This document shows positions 1 through 12,536 of a stretch of 52,475 nt of DNA, piece by piece. A program made the position numbers and the translations under genes. Each line of letters opens with the position of its first letter. The stretch's first letter is position 1. The notes under the pieces were generated by a model that made no database searches, was not told the DNA's origin, and saw nothing but the letters and a program-made list of their open reading frames with translations. The DNA comes from Azolla caroliniana (Eukaryota; Plantae; Polypodiophyta): positions 1-52,475 of the forward strand of contig JBHGNT010000208.1 of the NCBI GenBank assembly GCA_043228905.1, read 5' to 3'.

Positions 1-21
1 CTGATCCGGCGCCTCTACAAC

Positions 22-3000
22 TTGCGGATGAAAGAATCAGATTCGGTTCAAGCACATCTCAATGAGTACGAAAGCATAAGCTCCCAAATCTCATCTCAGG
101 GGACGGCAATCGAGGATGAACTCAGAGCAATGATACTCATGAGCAGCCTTCCCTCATCATGGGAAACTTTCGTCACAACCGTGTGCAACGCGTCAACCAC
201 GGCTGTTAAATACTCCGAAGTCACGAGCGCAATCCTGACCGAAGCAACTCGGAGAAAGTCTTTCGCCAAAGACTCAACAGACGACGCTTATGTAGTACAA
301 GGTTCGACAGACCGATCGAACATACGAGGAAGAGATTCCTCACGGCAGCCGAACAATCAGCGAAGACGGAGCCAGTCACGGGATAATCGAATCTGCAACT
401 ATTGCAAGAAACCCGGACACATCAAAGCCGACTGCCGCGCACTCAAGAACAAGAACGACAAGTCTCAGAAATCAGACAAGAAGAGTGGCCGGCATGAGGA
501 GATCAATTACGTCAGCTTCTCAGCTGATGTGCTACCAAACGACCCGAATATACTATCAATCGAAAATCCAGTCGGATCAGAAGTTCTGCTCACGACTGAA
601 GAATCGAGCACATGGCTCTTAGATTCGGGCGCGTCATTTCACGTGACTCCTCATCGATCCCAATTTCGGCAATATACGATCCGTCACTCCGACTCAGTTC
701 GAGTCGGCAACTCACAACACTGTGACATCATTGGAATCGGCACAGTAGAGCTCAACCTTGTAGGTGGCTCTACACTTGTACTTCACAATGTCCGACATGT
801 ACCCGAGCTCTCAAGGCCATTGATCTCAGTCGGACAACTAGATGAAGACGGCATTCGTGCCGGTTTTTCTTCGGGAGGGTGGACACTCCACAGGGGGAAC
901 CTCCTGCTTGCTAGAGGACCCAAGATACACTCACTGTATCCGTTACATGTTACGCTTAGAGAGGGTAACCTGTTTTTGGTGGATATTCCTGTGTCATCAC
1001 TATGGCACAGAAGATTAGGACACCTCAGCAAGGCCGGCATTACGCACCTATCTAGAGCCGGATACATCCCTAAACTCTCCTTCTCGGACCATCAATTCTG
1101 CGAACATTGCCAGTATGGCAAACAAGCAGCCGCATCACACCCGATATCAGCACCAAGAGAAACGAGACCTCTCGATTTAGTCCACTCGGACGTCTGTGGC
1201 CCAATGCCGCATCAGTCTCTCGGCGGTGCCTCTTACTTTGTCAGTTTTATTGACGATTCGACTCGAAAGGTGTGGGCTTATCCAATTCGCACCAAAGATC
1301 GTGTCTTCTCGATCTTCTCCGATTGGCTCGCTATGGTAGAAAATCAAACTGACCGAAAACTGAAATGCTTTCGGACCGACAATGGGGGAGAGTTCAAATC
1401 AGAAGAATTCGTCAAATTCTGCCGACAACGCGGCATCCGACGTGAATTTACGGCACCACACAGTCCTGAGCAAAACGGGATTGCAGAACGCATGAATCGG
1501 ACAATCCAAGAACGGATAGTTTCCATGCTCCAACACTCCGGACTGTCGGATGGCTTCTGGGCAGAGGCTCTACTCACGGCAGTACACATAATCAATATGT
1601 CGCCAAGCAGACCTCTAGGACTTCAAATTCCTCAGGAACTATGGATCGACAGTAAGCCGAATTACGACAAGCTGAGGATCTTCGGATGCGAGGCGTACGC
1701 CCTTATTCCGAAAGATGATCGCCGAAAACTTGCACCTCGGTCCAGGAAATGCATTTTCCTTGGATATGGATCAGACGGCGAAATGGGATACCGACTCTGG
1801 GACCCCGAACGCAGACAAATCGTTCGAAGTTCGGACGTTGTGTTCAACGAGTCGGCTATGAATCCATCAGTCGAAACACCGATCGAAGTCCGAAGGGTAA
1901 CATTTTCCGATGTGCCGACCCTTCAAGAAGGCCCCGCTCTTAACACACGGTCAGCTTCACGGGTAGCTGAACCTTACACTACCGACTCGGCCAACTCTGA
2001 CTCGGCACAGCAGAATAATTCGCTTTCGGACCATCCGATCTCGATACCCGATACGACCAGTCCAATCATACCTCGACGATCCGAGAGACTGTCGCAACCT
2101 CCGGAGAGGTATTCTCCTGGAATTTTCTTCACCGACGCCGGCGAACCGACGTCTTACGAAGAAGCATCGACATCTGTCGATTCAGCCACCTGGCATCTGG
2201 CGATGGAGTTGGAAATGCACTCCATTCGGGCAAACAAGACTTGGGATCTGGTCGAATTACCTAAGAATCGACGTGCTCTTCCTTGCAAGTGGGTTTATCG
2301 ACTAAAAGAGACGTCTGATTCGACCACCCCAAAGTACAAGGCCAGATTAGCTGCGAAGGGCTTCCGACAAGAATATGGAGTCGACTTCGACGAGATTTTT
2401 TCACCAGTGGTGAAAATGACAACCCTTCGTTTTCTACTCGGCGTAGTGGCAGCCGACAACTTGGAGCTGATTCAGCTAGATGTCAAAACAGCCTTCCTCC
2501 ATGGTGATCTTGAAGAGGAAATTTATATGGAGCAGCCAAAAGGCTTCGTGGCAACTGGCCAAGAACATCTAGTCTGCCGACTCAGGAAGAGTCTATACGG
2601 CCTCAAACAGGCACCGCGACAATGGTACAAGAAGTTCGACGACTTCATCCAATCGATCGGCTTCTCAAAAAGCGATGAGGACCATTGTCTTTTTACCAAC
2701 ACAGCTCAAGATGGATCACCCATCTTCCTCATCATTTACGTGGACGACATGCTAATTTCTGGACGCCACGCAGGCGAACTTGCCGATCTCATTCGGCAAT
2801 TGCGGTTGAAGTTTGCCATGAAGGACCTCGGTCCGGCACGACACATACTTGGCATGAAGATTAGTCGGCATCGCGATAAACGACATCTTTTTTTGTCTCA
2901 GACCGACTATATCGGACGTGTCTTGGAACGCTTCAACATGCAATCAGCCAAATCTGCTTCAACCCCGCTCCCCATGAATCTTCGGCTCTCTCAGCGAGAC

Positions 3001-3720
3001 TGCCCGACATCCGGTCCGGAGGGGGAAGATATGAAGTCGGTACCGTATGCACCGGCAGTCGGCTCCCTTATGTACCTGATGGTCGCGACACGGCCTGATA
3101 TTTCTCATGCCATAGGAGTCGTTAGCAGATTTATGCACAATCCTGGCCGATCGCATTGGAACGCAGTCAAGCATGTGTTCAAATATTTGGCTGGCACAAA
3201 AGACCACGGCATTCTTTTCGGTCCGAACTCAACCTCAGGCGTAGTCGGTTACACCGACTTGGACTTCGCCGGCTGTATAGACAGTCGGAAATCAACAACT
3301 GGATACTGCTTCAAATTCGGCAATGGAGCAATTTCGTGGAAGTCGAAACTTCAGGAGTGCACAGCGACCTCAACGACCGAAGCAGAATATGTAGCTGCGT
3401 CCGACGCTGCAAAAGAAGCTTTGTGGCTCGGCCGGCTGGCGCACACGTTTCGACAAGTCTACCATGACTCGGCCCCAGTTGTCTATAGCGACAATCAAGG
3501 TGTTGTTGCCTTGTCGAAAAATCCGGTTCACCACAACGCCTCCAAACATATCGACGTTCGATATCACTTCGTTCGGGACTGCGTCATTTCAGGGAAAATC
3601 GGTCTAGAGAAAATATCCACAACCGACAATGTCGCAGATGGAATGACCAAGTGTCTTTCGGCAGACCGCTTTCGGTCCCTTCGGCATCAGATGGGCGTAA
3701 CGACAAACCAGTCCGGTTAG
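22..3720 (+). CDS. Ty1/copia gag-pol polyprotein (5' part outside window)
   Basis: Single open ORF with zinc knuckle CNYCKKPGHIKADC, protease WLLDSGAS, integrase (WHRRLGH, HSDVCGP, RTDNGGEF, QNGIAERMN), RT (QLDVKTAFLHG, YVDDML) and RNase H (TTEAEY, KHIDVRYHF), in copia order PR-IN-RT-RH. Confidence 0.97.
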   Translation: MRMKESDSVQAHLNEYESISSQISSQGTAIEDELRAMILMSSLPSSWETFVTTVCNASTTAVKYSEVTSAILTEATRRKSFAKDSTDDAYVVQGSTDRSNIRGRDSSRQPNNQRRRSQSRDNRICNYCKKPGHIKADCRALKNKNDKSQKSDKKSGRHEEINYVSFSADVLPNDPNILSIENPVGSEVLLTTEESSTWLLDSGASFHVTPHRSQFRQYTIRHSDSVRVGNSQHCDIIGIGTVELNLVGGSTLVLHNVRHVPELSRPLISVGQLDEDGIRAGFSSGGWTLHRGNLLLARGPKIHSLYPLHVTLREGNLFLVDIPVSSLWHRRLGHLSKAGITHLSRAGYIPKLSFSDHQFCEHCQYGKQAAASHPISAPRETRPLDLVHSDVCGPMPHQSLGGASYFVSFIDDSTRKVWAYPIRTKDRVFSIFSDWLAMVENQTDRKLKCFRTDNGGEFKSEEFVKFCRQRGIRREFTAPHSPEQNGIAERMNRTIQERIVSMLQHSGLSDGFWAEALLTAVHIINMSPSRPLGLQIPQELWIDSKPNYDKLRIFGCEAYALIPKDDRRKLAPRSRKCIFLGYGSDGEMGYRLWDPERRQIVRSSDVVFNESAMNPSVETPIEVRRVTFSDVPTLQEGPALNTRSASRVAEPYTTDSANSDSAQQNNSLSDHPISIPDTTSPIIPRRSERLSQPPERYSPGIFFTDAGEPTSYEEASTSVDSATWHLAMELEMHSIRANKTWDLVELPKNRRALPCKWVYRLKETSDSTTPKYKARLAAKGFRQEYGVDFDEIFSPVVKMTTLRFLLGVVAADNLELIQLDVKTAFLHGDLEEEIYMEQPKGFVATGQEHLVCRLRKSLYGLKQAPRQWYKKFDDFIQSIGFSKSDEDHCLFTNTAQDGSPIFLIIYVDDMLISGRHAGELADLIRQLRLKFAMKDLGPARHILGMKISRHRDKRHLFLSQTDYIGRVLERFNMQSAKSASTPLPMNLRLSQRDCPTSGPEGEDMKSVPYAPAVGSLMYLMVATRPDISHAIGVVSRFMHNPGRSHWNAVKHVFKYLAGTKDHGILFGPNSTSGVVGYTDLDFAGCIDSRKSTTGYCFKFGNGAISWKSKLQECTATSTTEAEYVAASDAAKEALWLGRLAHTFRQVYHDSAPVVYSDNQGVVALSKNPVHHNASKHIDVRYHFVRDCVISGKIGLEKISTTDNVADGMTKCLSADRFRSLRHQMGVTTNQSG

Positions 3721-3913
3721 AGCCGGACACAGCGCAGGATGGTTTCAGACAACCGACATCAGTTCCTTAATGATCGGCTTCAACTCTTCCGACCCGACCA
3801 GTCCGGCCTTCTGCCTTCGGACCCTGCCAACTCGAACAAAACTGATATGTCCGAGAACCTAGGTTTATACCTGTAATCTTAGATAACCCATGTATACGCC
3901 CATTACGGGGGAG

Positions 3914-4149
3914 TGTCGAATACAAGTGTATAATGGACGTATTCACACTATCCCTTTGTATAGCTCAAGTTTGGGCCATTTGTGTAATTAGCATAAATGG
4001 TAGTTGCCCTAAGTTTGTCACTATATAAAGTGACCTAGTAACCTTTTTGTAAGGTTGGTTGTATTATTGTTTCTATTGAATAGAAAGAGTCTTTTGTGCC
4101 TCCTCTCTCTCTCTCTCTCTATCTCTGTGCACGATCTTCGATTCTGTCA
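3914..4149 (+). repeat. 3' LTR of the copia element, preceded by a PPT (GGGGGAG, 3907-3913)
   Basis: PPT is followed by TGTCGAAT; TATA box at ~4023, a (CT)n tract, and an end at ...ATTCTGTCA. The right boundary is inferred because the 5' LTR is not in the window. Confidence 0.7.
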
Positions 4150-5030
4150 TACGCAGGTACTCAACCCCAATCGAATGCTACTTGATCTTCCGCATTGACG
4201 GCCTTGTCTTCAACACCTCCCACATCAACACCTTCAGTCGGGTGTTGTCAGAGCTCTCGTCACAAGGGATCAACTTCGAAGAAGAAGTGAAAGCCCTTGC
4301 CCTCCTATCGAGCTTGCCGGCGAGTTGGGAGGTATTCTGCATGACATACGCCAATAGCCGATCGATTTTGAATCTAGACGAAACAATCGGCCAAGTCCTC
4401 ACAGAGGACATTCGGCGAAAATTGATGGGACTAACTATCGATGAGTCGGTAGAAGCCCACCACTCGACCAAGTTGTTCGACCGACAGAGTCGAACAAAAG
4501 AACAAGCCGACAGAACCGGTCGATGCTACAACCGATTGAAAACGAGGGGAGACTGACAACGCTCAAATTCGAAAACAGGCCGATCAAGTGAGTACTGCAC
4601 ACACTGGAGGAAAGCTAGCCACAATATTTCCGACTACTGGTCAATAAAGAGAAAAGAGAGGGGTCGGCAATCCGAGCGGAATCGAGGAGACATTCTGACT
4701 CTCTCCAGTTGGCAACCAGGTCAATGTTACCGACACCCGATCCGAAGAAACCCTCTTCCTAGAGGATTTGATGATTGGGGAAGTCCTCTACAGTGCACAA
4801 GCTGCATACACGTGGCTACTAGACTCTGGTGCCACATTTCATGTGACCCCGAACATTGAATGGTTTTCGAACTATTCAGTTGACGCTAGCGGCACAGTCC
4901 GACTAGGAAATGGGGAGGAGTGCAAGATAGCAGGAACTAGAGAAGTTCCCATCAGATTTCCAAATGGCAACATAATAAACCTGCACCAAGTTCGGCACGT
5001 ACCCGATCTAAAGAGGACTAAATCACAAAA
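4150..5030 (+). pseudogene. Degenerate gag/protease relic of an older copia element
   Basis: LALLSSLPASWEVF (gag) and WLLDSGATFHVTP...VRHVPDL (protease), broken by stops and frameshifts. Confidence 0.85.
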
Positions 5031-6149
5031 ATAGTGGATTTTTAACCTTTTTCATAGTATATTTGAACATGTATGATATTGGTATCAATGTGTTTTGTAA
5101 AATCATTGAAAAAGTACTAAAATCAAACAAAATAGTCCTTATCCTTCCATTTATGCGTGATCCTTCCACTTGTGAATGTGAATGTGTTCAATGATATGTA
5201 ATGATAGCATGCATAGCGTCAAGCTTGAATCCAGGGCCATAGAATAAACACCTTCAGTAACGAGACACAACATACACTATATTAGCACCAATGATATTTT
5301 ATACCATAGAAGATCAAAAAGGAAAAATATGAACCATTACCGTGATATAGTCATACTTGTAATTGTACTTTCCATGTAGACGGGGTGCTCAAGTACATCC
5401 AGACACAAAGGATCTAAACATTTCTCTTTTAGACCCTTCATCAAACATGTTAGGTACTCTGAATGTAGCTTTAAGGTTGATAACTACGCATCAATTTCAA
5501 AACGAGAAGACTTCCATGTCTCTAGATCTTTCTTCTATGCTTCTAGACGAGTACCCATATTTGTGAGCTCCTTCTTGAACTCCTCTTCAACACATCGCTT
5601 TTAGAATTTTGGATTGTTGATGCAATCCATTCGTATGTATTCGACATAGATGTGAATTGTTTCTTTGCCACCATCTCACCAGATGACACTTCTTCCAAAT
5701 CGGCATGCAGTGCTTGCATTTTTGTTTGCATGGAAGCTATACAACACAACAATCTCTCTTCATGCTTTTCTGTCAGTGTGGCTCTTTAGTTTGCAATATG
5801 TTGAGTCAACACAAATGTCCCAAGTTTTTATCATCCACGTTGTCGTGTGATTCTTCACACACTATGTAAAAAATAATGAAATAATTATTTTAGATTAGAT
5901 TACTAGCTTGATATGGAAAGATAGATATCTTCAAGAGCTTCATAACGCATTTTACTATACATGAAACAGATAAATAAGTATCAAGTTATGTGAATATGAT
6001 GTTTGAGACGATAAGGAAAATAGAATTGTGAAATATCCCACATTGATAGGAAACTTTAGGATCCATCTATATAAGGAGATTGAGAACTATTAGTTTTCAT
6101 CTATGTGTTGAGAGCACGAAAGGAATGGTTGGACTTGGACCAATTTGTC

Positions 6150-6900
6150 TACATGGACAAATGTGGCTAAGGAACCGGTGACCGGATGGAGCCGGTGATC
6201 GGATAGAACCAACAACAAAACCGGAAACTGGAAATTAGATGGAGTTAGCAATTGGAAACCGGAAGGAGCAGACGATCGAATAGAATTGGCAACAAAGTCG
6301 GGAACTGGAAACCGGATGGAGTTGGCAATTGGAAACTGGATGGAGCCGGCAATGAAGTTGGAAACCGGAACTAGAATCGGATGGCGATGGAACCGACAAC
6401 CGGCGACCAATTGGACAGAGCCGGCAATCGGCAACCGGACGACGACGGACTGGAAACCGGACGGAGCCGGCGACGAAGTTGGGAACTAGAATCGGATGAC
6501 GACAGAACCGGCAACTGGCAACCAATTGGACAGAGCCAACAATCGGTAATCAAACAGAACCGGCAACCGGATGGCGACGGAACGAAAACCGGACGCGGAC
6601 CGGATGGATCGGATGGGCGACGGTCGAGATGGACGGATGATAGGATCATGCGGCGAATTAAAGTAAAGTAAAGTAAAGGCGATGTGGACGCATGTAACTA
6701 AAGTTGGAGGGCATGCATAAAGTAAAGGTCATGTGAAAGGCATGCAAAGAAAAGAGGGAGGCCACGCATAAAGTAAAGGTCATGAGGAAGGCATGCAACT
6801 AAAGGTAGAGGCCATGCAACTAAAGTCAAGTTTTATGTAAAGTAAAGATCATGTGGATGCATGCAATTGAACTCAAGATGCAAAGTAGAGTTCCTCATGC
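6150..6900. repeat. Degenerate short tandem repeats (AACCGG-rich, then AAGTAAAGGTCATG-like)
   Basis: Reiterated motifs are directly visible; the overlapping ORFs are low-complexity. Confidence 0.7.
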
Positions 6901-6949
6901 AAGGGTATCTTCGAGTGGGAAAAAACACTCTAAGCGTAATTATCTTATA

Positions 6950-7150
6950 AAACCCTAATCGTAATTTTCTTATAAAAACTCAAAAACCCTAATTTTCCCT
7001 ACGAAAGCCATAACACTCAAAAACCCTAATTTTCCCTACGGGAGCGATATCTCTCGTATAACCTAATTCTAATTTTCCCTACGGAAGCCATAACACTCAA
7101 AAACCCTAATTTTCCATACGGAAGCTATATCTCTAAAAAACCCTAACCCT
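6950..7150. repeat. AAACCCTAAT (telo-box-like) tandem repeats
   Basis: Units such as CTCAAAAACCCTAATTTTCCCTACGGAAGCCATAACA are repeated. Confidence 0.7.
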
Positions 7151-7859
7151 ATTTTTTTTTCTTATCGAAGCCTCATAATTCCTAAACTTTTGTAATCCCA
7201 ATCTTGGGATAGATTATAATTTTTCTTTTCCTTTCTTAATGAAATTTATTAAATTTTCTCGTTTCCGTTAATTCTTAAAGTATAAACGCACGAATTTGAT
7301 ATCCTCTGGTTGGAGGCCTCGGGGTCCTGCCTCAAGATCACGTGTCCTCGTCGTATTTTCGTGACAACGTGTCTAGGTCTTCATGAGTGTCAGGTTGTGC
7401 ACAAAGGAAATATCCCCATCCTAATTTTGTACCTCGAAGGATATTTGTATAAATCTTCTTGCCCTGAGTTGTTGATAACTTCGACCTCCCTCTGGTGGGG
7501 GTCCTTTTTCTTCCCTTGCATGGTGTGTTGACATTTTCTTTGACCATTTTCTTCTTCGTGGGTGTCTTCCTTGTCATGTGAGTCATGTCTCTGTTCTTCG
7601 CCTCACATGCAAAACAATTTTAAATAACAATAAATCATGCACAACAATAGTAAATAATAGTACATCACAATAACATTTAACGCTAGGGAAACCCCCGGGG
7701 ACTCCACTATATATATAGAGGTTCTATCACGTGCGTTCAAACCCCTTATACGTATATTTTTTACTATTTTAGATACCCTTCTATAAAAAATGGTTAATAA
7801 AAATAACCCTTAGTGCCAATATATATTTTGATGACAACTCATTTTAAATGCCCTTACAT

Positions 7860-7930
7860 AGAAATGTATTATATTGTAATGCATATGTTGTATATATTTT
7901 ATATATAGGTTGTGTGTGTGTGTTCATATG

Positions 7931-7961
<31 letters not shown>

Positions 7962-8060
7962 TGTATTCCATGTTTATTTATGTATGTATTGTATTGCATG
8001 TGTTGTATATCTTAGATGTATTGTATGTATGTATGTATCTATGTGTGTGTAGTGGCTCAT
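7860..8060. repeat. TA/TG/TATG microsatellite-like tract
   Basis: Visible in sequence. Confidence 0.85.
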
Positions 8061-8109
8061 GTCTATTTGCACATAAATCATGAATATTCTTTTACTAATA
8101 AAGACTCAA

Positions 8110-8390
8110 TAGCACATTATTTGGTTTGATAGCTATTCTCTATTTAAACATTATGAAACTTCATCAACAATCATCATGAATACTCCATCATTGCAAGAAG
8201 TTCCTTGAAATGCTCAATAATTTCTCACATCACAACATTTTTTAACGAGGAAGAGATTAATATATGACTCTTTCAATATGCAAAGTTGATCAAGCAATAT
8301 ATGTGCTACATGCGTCAAGCCACATTTGACATACATATCAATCACATTATTGGCAATACAACATCTCTTTCTAGTACACCTTTTCCTTGA
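8110..8390 (-). pseudogene. PLS-class PPR gene fragment
   Basis: Manual translation GVLERDVV/ANNVIDMYVKCGLTHVAHILLDQL (one frameshift) matches the PPR motif ...NALVDMYAKCG..A..FD; IKPNNV follows downstream. Confidence 0.7.
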
Positions 8391-9400
8391 ATTATATAGT
8401 TCACAACAAACACATGCAAAACCAACTTACTATAATAATGAAACACCTAAGGTTCAAATAATGTTTCAAACAAACAATAATTCATTAGACGAGAGGAAAG
8501 TAATGGAAACAGTTCTATATTACAACACATACAATTATTTATTTATCAATCTCCTCCCTTTACAACAACTAGAAATCAAGACCTTGCATTCTCGTAATGA
8601 TGTAGCACCAAGAAAGATGAACACAATGTCAGCTGATAATAAAAATACACGAACACAGTCAGTGAAGAGTAAAGTGGGCGTGACTTGATGAAAAAACACC
8701 CACTTGGCTTAAAAAATGTTTCTAATAAATGCCAACCTCCATATCCTGAAATTCATGAAAGGAATGAAGACCAACCATACTGATAGAACAAAAGACAATC
8801 GTAGGAAGAAATACATGCTTCAACCTCCCTTGATAGCTAGCCCCAAAACAAACTCATGGTATGAGAGCCTTGATGGTGCATGCATTCTAAGCTAGACTGA
8901 ACGCCAAAATGAAAACTAGATAGGTGTGAAGCCTAGTAGTCTCAAGTATCAAAAGCTCCATATCCTTAAATACAAAGATATCATATAGAAAAGCAATTAA
9001 GCACAACGAGTCTTTGATGAAGACATCCAATTAACTCAACATCTCTATCACCACACATAGTAGGTGAATATTTGTTGCTTTGCTCTCGTCATAAATAACC
9101 CTTTATTTTTCTTCCATTTGAACTCTTCAAAAGAAAACAAATATCTAAAGAAAAAACTTCAAACAAATGGAACAAAATTCCCATATTAGTTAAAAAGGAG
9201 TTTTAAGAGAAAAAAATTAGAATAAGCAAAATATCCTCTCCTTCCTCTATACTTTCCTTTCCAACCATTTCATTCTTATTTTTGCATACTTCTCTTATAG
9301 AAAGAAACGCATAGACCATAAGCCAAAACCCTAGTCATAATAGTAAATTTTGTCAATTTTTGTTTCATTCTAACAATTACTAATCAAAAGTTATGTAGAG

Positions 9401-9925
9401 CTAAGTTTTCTCCCACTTCAATGGCTTAACGATTTCCCATGCGAAATCAGGGTCATCAGGACCAAAGTGACCATATGCATCTACAAAGGTCATGGATAGC
9501 CATCATCCCATGTCAAAAATCATTGGGATTAGGGTTTCCTAAAGTAAAAATATTTTCATCATTTCTTTTTAATTTCAGGAATAAAAAGGAAACACAATGA
9601 ATGAATAAAGCTATTTTCCTAAACTATTATACATTCCTTGATCAATATGCACAACCAAACTTAGTTTCTACTAAGCTCCTAAGAAGAACAATGTTTAATC
9701 ATTTCTCGCGACTTTATTTGCATGAAAAAGGACAAAACATGCCACAATGAGTGAAGAACAAGGCTCAATATCCACCAAAGTCACAAGATGAATACATACT
9801 TGGACAATGCAACGACGAGCAAGTCTCGTTGCAACAATACTCTCCACAACTTGCCTCAAAATGTAACATCTACTCCAATAAACCTTCGTAGGGTCCTTCC
9901 TAAAGAAACCACCACCCCATGATGC
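9401..9925 (-). pseudogene. SAMS: S-adenosylmethionine synthetase C-terminal fragments (~9795-9925 and ~9401-9525)
   Basis: [39 protein letters not shown] and [25 protein letters not shown] match plant SAMS (GKDPTKVDRSGAYIVRQ...[30 protein letters not shown]). Confidence 0.9.
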
Positions 9926-10266
9926 TTCTCAAGACCAAAAATGCTCTTCTTGCCTTGGAAATGACATAGCAAATACACAAATTAACATAGAAATAAAAAC
10001 ATGAGAGAGAATGTTGTAATTGCATGTGTGCATGCATTCATACATGCATACAAATACACACATAGAAACACAACCATGCATATGCAAATACACATGCACA
10101 CATGGACACATACAAACATGGTTAAAGATTGATATGGTACTAAACCAAGAACCCTCGGAAAATGGTATGGATCTTGATGGCAACAAATTCCCACATTCTT
10201 GTAGCTCATCCTTGCTTGCTAAAGGAGGGCCATTTCGAAGAGGTCGATCACGCTCGTGGCGTCTTC

Positions 10267-10297
<31 letters not shown>

Positions 10298-10681
10298 AGG
10301 ACTATAAAAGAGTAAGTATTAGTCATGGTGATTCTATTAAATTGTTCTTAATATATTAAAAGTTATTACTTCAGAAACCATAGAGTCTCTAGCAAGCCGG
10401 TGGTGGAAGCAAATAAGGTGAATGGGACCCTGCTTTTCTATCGGAAGTATTTCATTTTATGAAAAAGCCTCATAAAGCCTGTATATGCCCGGGTTCATAT
10501 ATCAAAATAAACCCTAATCTTGGCTCGAAAAGTCGAAGCAAGAAGTGGCCGAATGAAAAAAGTGTTTGATTTTAGTAAATCTGCTTTCAAAAGAGAGATT
10601 CAAATCGTATCTCCTCCCTTAATGCCAAAGTATACTTTGTATTCAAGAAGGAAAAACAAAGTGCAATGATTTTAATGGTGC

Positions 10682-10842
10682 TCGACCTTTCATGTGATTA
10701 GGAAATTCCACAACAATGGTCCTGCGAATTCGAGAAGTTACCACTGGAATGGCCAGCCCAATTGCGAATTCCGCAACTGCCATCATTAACACTAGTAAAG
10801 TGTGTGATTAACCCATCATATCGTCAGAATAGACAGAAAATA

Positions 10843-10843
<1 letters not shown>
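10682..10843 (-). pseudogene. nad4L: Mitochondrial nad4L 3' half (NUMT fragment, apparently unedited)
   Basis: [52 protein letters not shown](CGA) versus plant Nad4L ...DDMMGQ...[33 protein letters not shown]. Confidence 0.88.
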
Positions 10844-10889
<46 letters not shown>

Positions 10890-11024
10890 AAACTCATCAT
10901 CATTGATTAACAAAATTACCAAGGTAACAATTGAAACTAAGACCAAAAACAAGGAAATCCATTCAATTCTCAAGAGAATAAAATCGTTATCTAGATCATT
11001 CTGAGCACAAACACACTAACTTCA

Positions 11025-11669
11025 TCAATGATTCCGCGGAGGGACGCCGTATTGTTGCGCTTCCATGTAGCATGAATTGAAGGCTTGCACTTACAGTTGT
11101 TGTGACCTTTCCCTCAAAGTCCACAGTACTGCTTACCAGTAGAAGTAAAACCTCTCAATTCACGGTGTTTGTGCACAGGATTGCACAACCAATTGATACT
11201 AGGATCCTTCCAAATGAGAGTATAAGCCGGATTCACAAGAATAATCTCAAAATATGTGTACGTTGAATCCTGATTAATCTAGTATGAGTTCAATACATGT
11301 AAACCTCCAAGCTTTCATCCAGCTCTCTCCTCCGCAACAGAGTGCAAAGTACGTCGGAATTTCAATTGTGTAATACCCTAGTTCTTTGGTTTACCATAAA
11401 CAATACCTTTGGATAAATCCCTCTTATGTCCTCTCCTCACACGAACACGGTAGACGGCATAGCCCTGTTTTGTCTTGTAACCGAGATGATGAGCTTTGTT
11501 TGGCCGGGTAGAGCGAGTGATGCGAACCATTCCAAGAAGTTGCCTATACTCCCAACGACGAACGTGAAGAAGGAATCACATGACATCAAACTGTTTCTTC
11601 TTCCATAGCTCCTCCTCATATTTATAAACAGTTCCTACATAGCTCCTCCTCATATTTGTAAGCACCCAT
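11025..11669 (-). pseudogene. RPL15: Intronless 60S ribosomal protein L15 (eL15) pseudogene
   Basis: MGAYKY.EELWKKKQFDVM...WEYRQ...[19 protein letters not shown]...[10 protein letters not shown]...VAEERAG...[14 protein letters not shown]...[11 protein letters not shown]...TWKRNNT. It has several stops and a ~33-bp duplication near the ATG. Confidence 0.95.
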
Positions 11670-12045
11670 CAACAACGTTGCTCCATTTGTGTGTGCCTGA
11701 GCGAGTCTCTGTGTGTGTCTATGTCAAAAAAAAAATTCTCTCTCTCTCTCTCTCTCTCATCAAATTATAGAGTTACTCACAGAAATCCAAGACATACATA
11801 ATTTCTTACTAGAAAGCAAGACAAGTCTCATAACATAGCCCATTCTCCCTTGATTGCCTCAACACAGAGCAATATATATTGAACTTGTTTTGATTAGGTA
11901 CCACATAGCAGCAACACATGCTATCCAAGGTTTATGATTCCCCATTACATGCCATTTCAGAAGAAGGGGAGACCGACATTGTGATGCTGAACTATCAAGA
12001 ACGACATTCCGATCTATCCTATCATGTTGCTATCATTTATCTTCT

Positions 12046-12536
12046 TCATCTTGTTGGCTGTGCATGCCTATGACAAAGGCTGAAAGAAGTTTCCATAGAC
12101 ATGCTCAGGGGAATATGAAGCATCTTCATGGTCATGGTAATCATCATGCAGGGAAAGGATGTGGCTATGCCACTCCCACATGCGTTGCCCCGTGGAGGCA
12201 TCATCATGGAATGAGACACATACATGGTGGCCAGCGATGGGGACAGATTTCCCCAAGTTAGGTTGAAGTAGGGTTTTGAACTCTTCAGAAACAATGAGTT
12301 GGACGACCTTGGCCTCCAGGGTTGCTTCAAGGCGGGCCACCTTGGCACGGCCACTAGAGGAGGAGGAGGATGAGTTGGATGATTGCAAGTGGAGGAGATG
12401 GCGGTGGGCCGTGGAGGTGCTTTGATCTCTTCTTCTTCTTGCACTGCTTGGTCCATGAGCATCAGGGCTATGGCTACAGTGGCAGGATCCATGGCACCTT
12501 CCATGGCGGTGAGGGCGTTGCAGGATCCATCACCCT

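Noticed and set aside
783-3567. Short antisense or alternate-frame ORFs inside the copia and LINE pol regions
   Set aside because: They are shadow ORFs of the real coding frame.
5280-5870. Possible minus-strand coiled-coil/RING-like relic (KCLDPLCLDVLEHPV)
   Set aside because: Too short and interrupted to assign without a search.
6090-6671. Overlapping ORFs on both strands
   Set aside because: They arise from AACCGG-rich repeats and show no protein motif.
7683-7705. Helitron 3' end (hairpin + CTAG) on the minus strand
   Set aside because: The hairpin abuts CTAG directly and the next base is not T; the inverted-repeat explanation fits better, though a Helitron is not excluded.
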